Below are positions 47,165 to 57,096 of a stretch of 62,894 nucleotides of DNA, one piece after another. A program made the translations under genes and the position numbers. The DNA lies in IMG/VR virus record IMGVR_UViG_3300032295_002704, positions 1-62,894 of that record; one strand, written 5' to 3'. The notes under the pieces are model-generated. The model was not told where the DNA came from. It made no database searches and was given only the letters and a program-made list of their open reading frames with translations. The stretch's first letter is position 1. Each line of letters begins with the position of its first letter. This stretch comes from a virus (taxonomy: Duplodnaviria; Caudoviricetes).

Positions 47165-49052
47165 AATTTTTCACAAATGCTGCTATTAAAGCATTATTTT
47201 TATTTGACTGTGTTAATTTAATACCCGCACCGGTGACCATTTGCTCATAAATAGTCCAAAAGTTCTGGATCTTAGACATGTCGGCCTTGTCAATTTGTGC
47301 TTCCAGAATAGGTTCGGTCACTTCGTCAATTTCTAAAGAAGGATCCATTGCAGCAAAAGCATATGCTTTAATTTGGAATAATTCTTCTTTTTCTTTATTT
47401 GTTAAATTACGCAAGTCTTCTTTTCCTACAGAAGATAGATACTTTGTTTCTGTAAGATCGCTTACTTGCTTAAACCACTGGGAAGCTAAAACAGTCAGTT
47501 CGCCTTGGGTTCTTTGGCGAGGAACGGTATCGTTGGCTCCCTTGGGGCGACCGGGCTTGCTGCTACCAAGTTTCTTCTTGGACTCGTTGTTATAGTTATT
47601 TTCCAGTTCTTGCTCTTTGAACTTGTCCATCATTAACTGAGCAGGATTATGATAAGGACTTGCCTTTTGTGGCAACTCTTCTTTATCACGAAGTGCTTGC
47701 TCTTTGTTAACTCTGGCTTTTTCAATCGCAGGGTTTTCCTTAATCATTTCCAAAACCTTCTGGTCAGAAATGACATTGCGATCTAAAAGTTCAAGCATAA
47801 AGTTGATGTAAGTCTGTTCTGTATAAAAATCAACATATCTAAATTGAACCATCGGATACTTGGTAATACCAAGACCGTCACAAAGATACTTAATCTCTGT
47901 GTTGACAAAATCCAGTAATTGATTACGAACGTACTCAACTCTCTTTACCAAGTCCTTAATGGCAATTGGTGCTGATTCTTTGATCACTTCTTTGGCAAAA
48001 ACTTGAATGCCAAGTCCGTAGAGAATCTTTTCATCACTGTCAACAAGATCCTTCATCTTCTCAATGGGTGGGTAAAGAACCTCAACTTCAATAAGATTAT
48101 CCCATAGAATGTCAGTGCCACCTTCTGTAGAATTGCTGATAATCTTTTCCAATGCTTCACCAGCAGCAGGAGAAGGAACCGCACCATTAACGATGTCACC
48201 GAGTTTAAAAACTCGAAGAGGATTCATCATGCTATCTAAAAGAGCCATCTTAGTGCGTTGTAGTTTTTCATTATAAAGTATATAAGGTAATACGGTATAT
48301 GTGAAAGGAATCGCCCAAACTTCCGAATCATCCTTTTTATAAGAAGCAACATATATCTCATTTTCTGGAATCGGATAGTAATAGGTCGATCCGGTTGTTT
48401 TACCAACGTTGTTTACAGCATCTTTAATTTCTTTTGGCAGACTTTCAAAGATTTGCTGTTCTACATCGTTAAAACGCTGATTGCGATTCAAAACGTTGTA
48501 GATGGGAATCTTGATGGCATAACGACGTTTATCTGGGATGGTACCAAGAAAGTCACCTACCAATTCGATAGTTACGGGGTCATAGAAAACGTATGACAGG
48601 GGAATTCTTTTACGCTTAGAAGTTCCCCAACGTCTACGGACTACAACGTTTCCTGCTTTACCAATCCAACGACAAAACTGCTCGGCAGTTGTCATAAGAC
48701 GAATTCTGTTAGACCAAGCATCAAAAATGGCCTGATCTTTATCATTATCAGCCACAATTTTTAAACCGTCAGTTGCCCATTCAGACATTAAATCAATAAC
48801 AGATCTTACAAGAGCATTCTGCTTGTAGGCCAGATTGCAGTATTCGATAATGTTTTGCTGATCGCCCTGATAACGACCATACGCGGGAATTGCATATTCT
48901 GGACGTTTTTCGTCAACCTTTTGCTTAGTTACATATCTATCGCGATCAATTCTACGCGAGTGAGACATGTTCTTAGAATGATCTACGGCATTACTATGGA
49001 AAATTTCCATAGCAGTTGGTGCGTCTTTAGCTGGCTTATTCTTGTTATCCAT
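47145..49052 (-). CDS. Portal protein
   Basis: 635 aa between terminase and protease; Y..N.LVRS.IDLM helical pattern. Confidence 0.78.
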   Translation of the reverse strand: MDNKNKPAKDAPTAMEIFHSNAVDHSKNMSHSRRIDRDRYVTKQKVDEKRPEYAIPAYGRYQGDQQNIIEYCNLAYKQNALVRSVIDLMSEWATDGLKIVADNDKDQAIFDAWSNRIRLMTTAEQFCRWIGKAGNVVVRRRWGTSKRKRIPLSYVFYDPVTIELVGDFLGTIPDKRRYAIKIPIYNVLNRNQRFNDVEQQIFESLPKEIKDAVNNVGKTTGSTYYYPIPENEIYVASYKKDDSEVWAIPFTYTVLPYILYNEKLQRTKMALLDSMMNPLRVFKLGDIVNGAVPSPAAGEALEKIISNSTEGGTDILWDNLIEVEVLYPPIEKMKDLVDSDEKILYGLGIQVFAKEVIKESAPIAIKDLVKRVEYVRNQLLDFVNTEIKYLCDGLGITKYPMVQFRYVDFYTEQTYINFMLELLDRNVISDQKVLEMIKENPAIEKARVNKEQALRDKEELPQKASPYHNPAQLMMDKFKEQELENNYNNESKKKLGSSKPGRPKGANDTVPRQRTQGELTVLASQWFKQVSDLTETKYLSSVGKEDLRNLTNKEKEELFQIKAYAFAAMDPSLEIDEVTEPILEAQIDKADMSKIQNFWTIYEQMVTGAGIKLTQSNKNNALIAAFVKNYEDLQQ

Positions 49053-49059
49053 ATATGTT

Positions 49060-49068
49060 CAATACACG
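49060..49068 (-). promoter_or_regulatory. Late promoter motif copy (CGTGTATTG)
   Basis: 7 nt upstream of the portal ATG. Confidence 0.6.
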
Positions 49069-49081
49069 ATTGAATCGTGAT

Positions 49082-51193
49082 TTAATCGCGATTTAACCGC
49101 CTGTAAAGACCTTGCATAGGTTGACCGTGCAACTTCTTTAATATTTTGCCTTGGTACATTCCGGCACTGCCGGTTTTCATAGAACTCTTATCATAAATAC
49201 TAGTATAAGTGTTTTCTTTGATACCCTCTACTACTTCCATCTGTTTCTTGCGACCGGCCCAGTTTGCCAACAAAATAGATGTGAATCTATCTCTTTTGAG
49301 CTTTTGTTTTTCGCCTTGTGCGTTGAAAGTCATAGCGTCAGGAACGTCCCATTTTTCTTGGTTATTGCTGGTAAGGCTATACTTGATCATGATCATTTCG
49401 TACTTGCCCTGCTCAATTTCTAAGAAAACGTCTTCAAGAGTTTCTACGTTATGAGTCTGGGGATCAACGAATTTAGTCTTGGCAATTTCAGCCATATCAA
49501 CGTGGGGGAACAGCAAAGTACAATCAGAAATGTCTTTCTGTAAACCGTGATGACTTTCTTTTCGCCACTCAACGCTACTGAAATTAATCATCTCCAAGAT
49601 GTGAGAACCAATTAAATCAGTTTCCTCATCGTCAACTTCCAGAATCAGTTTGTCGTCACTGTCCAATAACTTAGAAGCGTCTTTCAGGAGTTCTCTGATT
49701 GCAAAACCACCACCACCAGTATCTAAGCAGATATGCTGAATATTGAATCTTCTAACAAGAGTTCTTATTTGGTATATACAGTAAGAGTTGTAATCACCAA
49801 ACTCATCTGAAATATCACCGCGTTTTTTACCTTCTTCAAACCGTTTGCGGTTTGATGTCCACATATATCTCAAAACGCGTTTACGACCAACTAGCTCCAT
49901 AATACTGACAGCAAAATTATCTTCTTCGGATGCCGGGTCAATACCCATGACATAATAACCTTCGGCATCACCAATTAAGATTGGATTATAATCTGCTATA
50001 ACATCAGCACCCACCTTAATAGGGCATGTTGATCTTTGAATAGACGATGCCGTATAGAATCCGTTAGAATCCTTGGCAAAGCATGCCCCGAACTCCATCA
50101 TGGCAATGTTGGGATCCATAGTGGCTTTTGCTTGGTTAATAACGACTTCGTCCATCTGACCAAACAATTTGGTTGACGGCAATCTGATAATGCAATAATC
50201 GGCAGGATCAATATATTCCGTATTGGTATATTCTGGAATAATTTTTTTGATTTCTACAGGATCACCTTTGCAAGTTATAATTGCGTGGTATCTTTGAAAG
50301 TATCTGTAAAAATGGTTAAATTCAAAACTTGGGGTACCAGACACAATAATCTGGTTACTATCCATAACGGTTGTTGACTCTGTTTTTACTTCGTCTTTAG
50401 CAATACCGGCTAAGTCCATCAACTTGCGTTGGTGGGCGATTTGAATGTTTTGATAGAAGTTTTGAGTCTTAACTGCTGCGAAGCCGTAAACGACTGTCTC
50501 GAAAACTTCTGGGTCAATGCTGCTAAATTCGTCAGCGATAATGATGTTTGCACGTTGACCACGGATGGTTTCGCCGTCACCCAAAGGTAAGAAAATTGCA
50601 CGAGAAAGACCTACTTCCCACTTACAAGTAGAAGGATCTTTCTTAGGAGCGTTATTACCGCAAATGTCCCTAAGAACAGGAGCATTGTTCCATATCTGCA
50701 TAATGTAGTTAAAAATAACCAAGGACTGTCTCAGTGCAGCACCGACAACAGCGATCTTAATTCCTTGGTTAAGGATCATACGAAGTATGATATAGATGGC
50801 CATGATATAAGACTTGGCAGCACCACGAGAAGCAATGAAAGCCAAGACCTTGTGCCCCCACATTTGTTGTAGAATAGCCAACTGATAAGGTGGCAACTGA
50901 ATATTTAGAATGTGTTCGCATACGAAAGGTATGTTTTCGGGATTCCTACAGAAGTCAACGAGGTTCTCAACAAGATTGTCTCTGCTGTGCCACTTATGAT
51001 GTAAAAGGGGATTGTGTAGATTGTATTTGCGAACGTCGCCTATTTCTAGTTCAAGGTTATTTTTGAATAGATCGGCATCGGCTGGGTTTTTAAGACCATT
51101 TAATAACTCCTGATTATACTCTGTAGTAAATAAATCAGGGATATTAGAAACATCAATATCTTTGTAATTTACTGAAGACTTCGTTCCCAGCAT
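49082..51193 (-). CDS. terL: Terminase large subunit
   Basis: PYQ, Walker A SRGAAKS, IRGQRA, Walker B IIADEF, SGTP coupling motif, nuclease GIDPA and DRFTS. Confidence 0.92.
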   Translation of the reverse strand: MLGTKSSVNYKDIDVSNIPDLFTTEYNQELLNGLKNPADADLFKNNLELEIGDVRKYNLHNPLLHHKWHSRDNLVENLVDFCRNPENIPFVCEHILNIQLPPYQLAILQQMWGHKVLAFIASRGAAKSYIMAIYIILRMILNQGIKIAVVGAALRQSLVIFNYIMQIWNNAPVLRDICGNNAPKKDPSTCKWEVGLSRAIFLPLGDGETIRGQRANIIIADEFSSIDPEVFETVVYGFAAVKTQNFYQNIQIAHQRKLMDLAGIAKDEVKTESTTVMDSNQIIVSGTPSFEFNHFYRYFQRYHAIITCKGDPVEIKKIIPEYTNTEYIDPADYCIIRLPSTKLFGQMDEVVINQAKATMDPNIAMMEFGACFAKDSNGFYTASSIQRSTCPIKVGADVIADYNPILIGDAEGYYVMGIDPASEEDNFAVSIMELVGRKRVLRYMWTSNRKRFEEGKKRGDISDEFGDYNSYCIYQIRTLVRRFNIQHICLDTGGGGFAIRELLKDASKLLDSDDKLILEVDDEETDLIGSHILEMINFSSVEWRKESHHGLQKDISDCTLLFPHVDMAEIAKTKFVDPQTHNVETLEDVFLEIEQGKYEMIMIKYSLTSNNQEKWDVPDAMTFNAQGEKQKLKRDRFTSILLANWAGRKKQMEVVEGIKENTYTSIYDKSSMKTGSAGMYQGKILKKLHGQPMQGLYRRLNRD

Positions 51194-51657
51194 TTTTTAA
51201 ATGTCCTATACATGAATCTTTCAACTGATTGTCTAGAGTCCATAAACATTACAGGAATTCTAAAGTCATTTTGAATAATTTCTAATTTTGCTACGAAAAG
51301 GTTGGGGTGTACTTTTGTAAAACCTTGTTCGTAAAGATACGGAAAAGAATAGGGTCTGCAAACAATTATACAAGGAAATTGATATTTAGCAAGTCCTTGC
51401 AATTCTTGTTCGAAAGTGTCCCACTTAGCAACTAGATTCGTTGCTAACTCTTGACAATCCTTCTTTCTTTCAAATACAACTGAAAAATCGTCACCGGGTC
51501 TGTCTAACCCGGCAACGCTATAATCGCCATAATCTAACTTGTCAGTACCACAAGTAACTTCGGGGAACTCTACAAAGTTTACCGGTTGCTGTTCTCTGGT
51601 ATCAACGATTACCCTAAATGGGTTACTTATCTTTGTTTTGCTTTGCATTGTTCTCAA
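51169..51657 (-). CDS. ERCC4/XPF-type structure-specific nuclease
   Basis: VDTREQ, GDYS, ERK motifs. Confidence 0.85.
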   Translation of the reverse strand: MRTMQSKTKISNPFRVIVDTREQQPVNFVEFPEVTCGTDKLDYGDYSVAGLDRPGDDFSVVFERKKDCQELATNLVAKWDTFEQELQGLAKYQFPCIIVCRPYSFPYLYEQGFTKVHPNLFVAKLEIIQNDFRIPVMFMDSRQSVERFMYRTFKKCWERSLQ

Positions 51658-51946
51658 TCACGATTTTGTAGAGCATCTGTTCAAAATCTTTTTCTTTGCC
51701 AGTAATCGCCTTGTGATGTTGCTTGCATAGGCATATGCCATTGGCCGTGTCATATCGCAAATGAGATTTGTCGGCAAATCTTTTGATATGATGGACTTCG
51801 ATATCATCCTTTGATCCGCAGTTTGGCCACTGGCAAGTTTTTCCGTCTCTTAGCTGAACCGCCCCCATCCAAGCGACATATCTAGGAGAACTTCTGTCTT
51901 GTTTATTAAGTAAGTGTTTATTTATGATTCGCGGTATAAAAGTCAT
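51623..51946 (-). CDS. HNH endonuclease
   Basis: RDG..CQ..CG...HHI...NGICLC..HH. Confidence 0.88.
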   Translation of the reverse strand: MTFIPRIINKHLLNKQDRSSPRYVAWMGAVQLRDGKTCQWPNCGSKDDIEVHHIKRFADKSHLRYDTANGICLCKQHHKAITGKEKDFEQMLYKIVIENNAKQNKDK

Positions 51947-52977
51947 TTTTTATTATTCCTATAATAATTTATATCACTTAATACCATGATTTTAACCAAT
52001 TCTTTGAAAGTAATTTTAGGCGACCAGTTTAATTCTCTCTGTGCCAATGAGGGATCACCCTTCAAATTTTTGACTTCCAGTGGTCTAAAAAGATTAGAAC
52101 AAGTTTCAACAATCACCTTATTGTTTGCCGTGTCAGTATATTTAAAATGGCCGTTATCAAGTTCTACGAAGGTGAAGTTAATTCCGGCACAACGAAGAGC
52201 TTCTTCTAAAAACTCTTTTGGTGTATGGGTTTCGCCCGTGCCAATTAAATAACTCTTTGGAGCCTGCTGCTGTAGCATGAGATGCATTGCTTCGCAGAAG
52301 TCGCGAGAATGTCCCCAATCCCTGCTAGCATGTAGGTTGCCTAGTTTTAGACTGTCTGTAGCATTGGGATTGTTGACGTACTTGCCGATCCAGTCGGTAA
52401 TCTTTCTTGTAACGAATTCTTTACCACGGCGTTCGCTTTCGTGGTTCATTAGCATGCCCACAACAACAAACAAACCATACGCGTCCCTATAGATGTCGCA
52501 GAGATGGTGAGCAAATACCTTCGCCGCCGCATAGGGACTCTTAGGTACTAAAGAAGTGTTTTCGTTTTGTGATTCAGTGATACCACCGAATTCTTCGCTA
52601 GAACCCGCCTGATAGAATTTGGTCTTTGGAGAGAACTGTCTAACTGCTTCTAGTAGTCTTAAAACTCCTAGACCAGTAACGTCAGCACAATATAAAGGCT
52701 GATTAAATGACACGCCAACGTGTGACATTGCTCCTAAGTTATAAAGTTCGTCTGGCTTAATGTCGTTGATAACGTGATTGATACTAGCAGCATCAGAAAG
52801 ATCACCCTCAACAAAAATTACATTTCCCAATCCCATCTGATCAACAAACGACCAATCCCTGTGGGCCGAACGCCTGACCATACAATATACTTTGTAGTTT
52901 TTGCTTAAAAGTATCTGACAAAGATATGGACCATCCTGCCCTGTAGAACCTGTTATTAACGCTGTTTTCTGAACCAT
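51943..52977 (-). CDS. gmd: GDP-mannose 4,6-dehydratase
   Basis: ALITG.TGQDG.YL, YNLGAMSHV.VSF, PKSPYAAAK, NHES.RRG.EFVTRKI, LGNL...RDWG, RP.EV..L.GD. Confidence 0.96.
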   Translation of the reverse strand: MVQKTALITGSTGQDGPYLCQILLSKNYKVYCMVRRSAHRDWSFVDQMGLGNVIFVEGDLSDAASINHVINDIKPDELYNLGAMSHVGVSFNQPLYCADVTGLGVLRLLEAVRQFSPKTKFYQAGSSEEFGGITESQNENTSLVPKSPYAAAKVFAHHLCDIYRDAYGLFVVVGMLMNHESERRGKEFVTRKITDWIGKYVNNPNATDSLKLGNLHASRDWGHSRDFCEAMHLMLQQQAPKSYLIGTGETHTPKEFLEEALRCAGINFTFVELDNGHFKYTDTANNKVIVETCSNLFRPLEVKNLKGDPSLAQRELNWSPKITFKELVKIMVLSDINYYRNNKK

Positions 52978-53237
52978 CTTATAAATTCCTCTATTCCTAT
53001 TCCATGTCCTAATTCATGATAAGCATGGTGGCATTTCGCACACAAAACCACCCCGTTGTTAACATCGTAACGAAATTCCGGGTAATCTCTATATGAATAT
53101 AGATGATGTGCCTGAATATCTTTCTTCGTAAAGCAACAAATGCACTGACCATTGCACTTATCGTATACTTTGTCACGCCATTCACTGCGTAGTTTCTGAT
53201 CCTTTTGAGTTATCTTCCTTTTTGGCATCTTTTCCAC
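52956..53237 (-). CDS. HNH endonuclease
   Basis: CICC...AHHL...RYDVNNGVVLC..CH. Confidence 0.85.
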   Translation of the reverse strand: MEKMPKRKITQKDQKLRSEWRDKVYDKCNGQCICCFTKKDIQAHHLYSYRDYPEFRYDVNNGVVLCAKCHHAYHELGHGIGIEEFIRWFRKQR

Positions 53238-54072
53238 TCATTAAAATTGGGTCTACTGAACCGTCATCATATACTATGGGACGCTTCATTTTATCTATTT
53301 TGTTGACAGTCGCTAGTTTGAGCAATTCGTTTCTATCACCAATGGAGGCTCTAGTATCTCTGTCATTTAGCATTTTAACAACTTTCAAGAACGTATCGCC
53401 TCCGACTTTTTGTTGTTCTTCACGTTGCTCACGAGACATGTTCAAAGATTTTTGAATGACATTTAAATTACTAAGTAATTCACGATATTCTTTATTTACC
53501 GTAGCAATTGTATCTTCAACACCCTTAGACATTTCATACATAGCTTTGTGGGTATCGTTAGCCATGTCTAAAGGGTCTTCTTTTCGAATGTCAGCCAGAA
53601 TTTTACGTTGCTGATCGCGAAGAACCTTTAAAGACTTTTGATTTTCATCCATTCTCAACTTTAAGTCAATCATGGATTCTAGCATATCTTCTTCTGCCAC
53701 AGTCATGTCTGGCAAAGAAAGTTGATAATCAATCCATCTATTGATAAAGATTTCTACGTCTACTGGCTCGTACTTAGTTACTACTTGCTGATAACGGAAA
53801 GAACCGCGAAAAGCATCATAAAGAGCCTTTCTCTTTTCGGCATCACTGTCATAATCGGCGTTTTTCGCCTCATCCATCCCGTTGACAAAATCGGGTTTAT
53901 TGACAATCTTACCGGATTGGTTCTTTTCAATTCCTAGTTCTTTTCGAATCTTTCTAACGGTGGGTACAGAAATTCCAAGTTGTTTTGCAATTTCTGAATC
54001 GCTCATGTTCCTTTCTAAGGTACACTTGCGAATTGTCTCACGCATCGTGCTGTTGACTAATTTTCGCTTCAT
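53182..54072 (-). CDS. HTH + coiled-coil protein (terminase small subunit candidate)
   Basis: SDSEIAKQLGISVPTVRKIR HTH, long coil, upstream of terL. Confidence 0.5.
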   Translation of the reverse strand: MKRKLVNSTMRETIRKCTLERNMSDSEIAKQLGISVPTVRKIRKELGIEKNQSGKIVNKPDFVNGMDEAKNADYDSDAEKRKALYDAFRGSFRYQQVVTKYEPVDVEIFINRWIDYQLSLPDMTVAEEDMLESMIDLKLRMDENQKSLKVLRDQQRKILADIRKEDPLDMANDTHKAMYEMSKGVEDTIATVNKEYRELLSNLNVIQKSLNMSREQREEQQKVGGDTFLKVVKMLNDRDTRASIGDRNELLKLATVNKIDKMKRPIVYDDGSVDPILMSGKDAKKEDNSKGSETTQ

Positions 54073-54589
54073 AAATTTCCATTATTTTCTTTTTTAATCT
54101 ATCTGCATAATATCCTGTAATGTTAATTCCACTCTTTTGTAATAAAAAAACCTCTCGTAAATCGGGAGGTAACTCTGACAAAAGGTTTTCAAAACTGTTC
54201 AAATCAACAAACATTACATCTTCGTGGCCTACTGTAGTTTCAGCAACGGTTAATTCCAAAGGTCTAGATAGATTATATCTAATGATTTTGTCAAAATCGC
54301 TATCACTTGTTTTTTCTTTGTGTTTAACAGTATATTTATCTCGATAGAAGTTCTTTAGTCTTTTACTGACTACAGCATTGAGCCAAGATTCGAAAGCCAA
54401 TTCAGGACTTTTCGCTTTAATTTTTTCACATTCATACTTAGGCAAAGCCTCTATAGCGATAACCCATACTTGCTGCTCGATGTCATCTTCTTCATGACAA
54501 TCAAAAACCTTGCCTTTATGAATTTTTGCTACTTTGGCTATGATTTGGTTTATTACTTCTTCCGTCAGATTGATATTTGGATACGTCAA
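54038..54589 (-). CDS. Sigma70-like factor (late sigma candidate)
   Basis: EDDIEQQVWVIAIEALPKY...FESWLNAVVSKRLKNFYR (region 2); LSELPPDLREVFL start of a truncated region 4. Confidence 0.65.
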   Translation of the reverse strand: MTYPNINLTEEVINQIIAKVAKIHKGKVFDCHEEDDIEQQVWVIAIEALPKYECEKIKAKSPELAFESWLNAVVSKRLKNFYRDKYTVKHKEKTSDSDFDKIIRYNLSRPLELTVAETTVGHEDVMFVDLNSFENLLSELPPDLREVFLLQKSGINITGYYADRLKKKIMEIYEAKISQQHDA

Positions 54590-54704
54590 TGTCTACATCC
54601 TGATCAGGCTCTTTAGAATTGTTTCTTTCTATGTCCAACACTTCTGCTTTAGAAAGTTGAGCCTTGTCTACTATATTATAGTTGATTTTTTGTATGTTTA
54701 ACAT
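54516..54704 (-). CDS. Small hypothetical protein
   Basis: 62 aa, coupled to the upstream ORF. Confidence 0.45.
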   Translation of the reverse strand: MLNIQKINYNIVDKAQLSKAEVLDIERNNSKEPDQDVDIDVSKYQSDGRSNKPNHSQSSKNS

Positions 54705-54705
54705 T

Positions 54706-54870
54706 TTAACCTAACACTCTTAGTGCCTTTAGCGTCTTTAACAGAACCTTCATGTAACCGCCACCACCGGCAGAAGAACCGGCTCCAACAACAGGGGGAG
54801 GGGTATCAACACCTTGGAAAGCAAAGGGATAACCACTTTGTGGGATAGAATTTCTAGCAAATAACTTCAT
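54706..54870 (-). CDS. Small Pro/Gly-rich protein (54 aa, not in ORF track)
   Basis: MKLFARNSIPQSGYPFAFQGVDTPPPVVGAGSSAGGGGYMKVLLKTLKALRVLG*; fills the gap exactly. Confidence 0.6.
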   Translation of the reverse strand: MKLFARNSIPQSGYPFAFQGVDTPPPVVGAGSSAGGGGYMKVLLKTLKALRVLG

Positions 54871-54871
54871 A

Positions 54872-55477
54872 TTACGGTGTCAGTGTTACACTGCTCCTAT
54901 TACCGTTGGTATCAACCGTCATAACCATTCTTGTAGTACCACTGGCATTTGCTGCTCTAAAGGTAATGACACCACTGCTTGGGGTGGCACCACTTACTGT
55001 ACCACAGGCAAATGACAGAAGTAAACGAAGGGCTTGATCTACGCTAAAGCCGTCCACGCCAGTAGCACTTAGAGAGCCGATCTGTGAGTTACTTGCGTTA
55101 AAACCTACGTTTGTAAAGAACAATTCTGAGTTGTCAGCAGCAGTAGAACTACCACTTAAAGAAACAACGTTAACGTCTGGTAAAGTAGATGCTGTCGGGC
55201 AAATTACTACGTCTAAAACAATATCAGAGTTTGACGAAGTAGATGTGAGTATTACTACATCGGCGTTTGTTTCTGCCTGAGTCAAGTTAAAAACATAAAC
55301 ACCATCACCTAAATCGGTGGGGTTTGTATCGTTTGTAGCAACAAAAGCACCGCCATCTTTGGAAATCTGACCAGTGATACCAGCAGCCAAACCAGCCACT
55401 CGTCTGCCTGTACTTAAACTGGTCGCTACAACGTATATATTTTGACCAGCAAAATTCTTATATAAAAAATTACTCAT
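54872..55477 (-). CDS. Virion accessory protein (Ig-like N-terminal domain)
   Basis: ISKDGGAF...GVY.FNLT.AETN and QALRL...G.VSG...R....D.NGNR motifs. Confidence 0.55.
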   Translation of the reverse strand: MSNFLYKNFAGQNIYVVATSLSTGRRVAGLAAGITGQISKDGGAFVATNDTNPTDLGDGVYVFNLTQAETNADVVILTSTSSNSDIVLDVVICPTASTLPDVNVVSLSGSSTAADNSELFFTNVGFNASNSQIGSLSATGVDGFSVDQALRLLLSFACGTVSGATPSSGVITFRAANASGTTRMVMTVDTNGNRSSVTLTP

Positions 55478-57096
55478 TATCTAATCCTTCTAGAGGTTCG
55501 GCGTTCTAATTTATCTAGTTTGTTATTATTTGATACACTTGGGTAAGGTAACAAATCAAAAGCCGTACTATCGCATAAAATGATCGGAACTAGTCCAGCA
55601 GCCTCGGCTTGCAAAACACCACTTACAAAGTTTTGCCTACCAGACAAGGTTGTCGGGTTTGCGTAATCAAACTGATTAATGATGATAAATGCGTCATTGT
55701 TGCCGTATAAACGGTTGGCTAATTCACAACGCAATCCATCCCATTGATTGTATGGGTAGTAGCTGCTAAGACAATAGAAACTTGTTCTGTCGTCTGTATA
55801 GTTTTCGCTGAAAATTACACCATCTGGACGTTTATTACGCATTTCTACCAGTGAACCAGTTACCCATGGGTTACTCAATAAAGATGCCATCGCATCCATA
55901 CCTAAACCATCTGTCCACACCAACCAACCGTTTGTGGTGTTACGACGAATCAGATCATTACCTGTGGCATTAATAGTTGGCTTTCGCAATTGCTGGAAAG
56001 TATAATTAACGTCTAAAATACCACTGTTAACGTTTTGATTATAGATTTGAGGGCTGTCCCAACCAGTTGCGTTGGTATTGTAGGTAGTCCATGTATTTCC
56101 ATGATAACTATATACTTTTATATTATTTGCGATTGACCATTGTTTAATTTGCCATAATCTGTTTATTAGATGATCTGGCATAGCTTCCAAAGAATTACTT
56201 AAGAAGTCGGTATTTGGTTGGTGTCCAGCAGGATTCCAGAACATGATAGAATCAAAGCCTTTGGCCTTAAGTTGCTCAGGACGAGGTAAACCAGAGAATA
56301 TGTCAGCCCAGTTGGTAGTAGTCTCCCAAGGTCTAACAGTTCCACTATTCAATATTCCGTAGTAACGAGGATTACCAGAATTGCCGACAACACCCAAAGC
56401 CATAAAGAAACCGTAAACTCTTCCGTTGCTACGCAACGAATTGCGATAATTTGTGAAGGTAGACTGACACCAATCAATATACGGCTGACAAAGATTTAAT
56501 GAAATACCGGTAGTAACAGGAGAACCAGAGTGCTCTCTTAACCAAACCTTAAAGTTCATTGTTTCGCCAGAAGAGAAGAAGTCTTGGGGAATTACACTGC
56601 CGTAAGCAGGACTTGTTCCGGTTATGAAACCATTAATGTATGCGTGACAGTTAGTACCACTATATGACGTTCGTAATCTGCAAGTGGCAGGATAATTAGT
56701 ACTAATACCAATGGCTCTACCACCGGTATGTTCAAAAACCATGCAAGATGACCACAATCCACGGTTAATGTCAGTCGAAGTAAAATTCCGTGAACCATAG
56801 TAGTTAGCTCTAACATCATCATACCCGGTTACAACTGGGTCACGGTTCCAAGAAGGATCAGCAAGCCAAACATGGGTAGGTAAAGGATTAACACCGCTTT
56901 GGCCCCATCCAATGTCAAAACTAAAGTTAATACCAGATTGGTTGCCACTGGTAAGATTGGTAATGGTTACATCAATGTCAACACCGCTAGTTACAACCGT
57001 AGGTGTGACGACCACGTTCAACACGCCGGTGTTGACGGCAACGGAGTTGAAATGCGTTACGTTAGTTCGGTTGTAAAATCCTGTAGTAAACGGCAT
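55477..57096 (-). CDS. Putative virion-associated glycoside-hydrolase-like protein
   Basis: Beta N-terminal domain then TIM-like GFDSIMFW, DGLGMDA, IFSEN segments. Confidence 0.4.
   Translation of the reverse strand: MPFTTGFYNRTNVTHFNSVAVNTGVLNVVVTPTVVTSGVDIDVTITNLTSGNQSGINFSFDIGWGQSGVNPLPTHVWLADPSWNRDPVVTGYDDVRANYYGSRNFTSTDINRGLWSSCMVFEHTGGRAIGISTNYPATCRLRTSYSGTNCHAYINGFITGTSPAYGSVIPQDFFSSGETMNFKVWLREHSGSPVTTGISLNLCQPYIDWCQSTFTNYRNSLRSNGRVYGFFMALGVVGNSGNPRYYGILNSGTVRPWETTTNWADIFSGLPRPEQLKAKGFDSIMFWNPAGHQPNTDFLSNSLEAMPDHLINRLWQIKQWSIANNIKVYSYHGNTWTTYNTNATGWDSPQIYNQNVNSGILDVNYTFQQLRKPTINATGNDLIRRNTTNGWLVWTDGLGMDAMASLLSNPWVTGSLVEMRNKRPDGVIFSENYTDDRTSFYCLSSYYPYNQWDGLRCELANRLYGNNDAFIIINQFDYANPTTLSGRQNFVSGVLQAEAAGLVPIILCDSTAFDLLPYPSVSNNNKLDKLERRTSRRIR

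Noticed and set aside
49065-49079. Palindrome CACGATTGAATCGTG between terL and portal
   Set aside because: Single occurrence, 1-nt centre, no U-tract; cannot assign as terminator or operator
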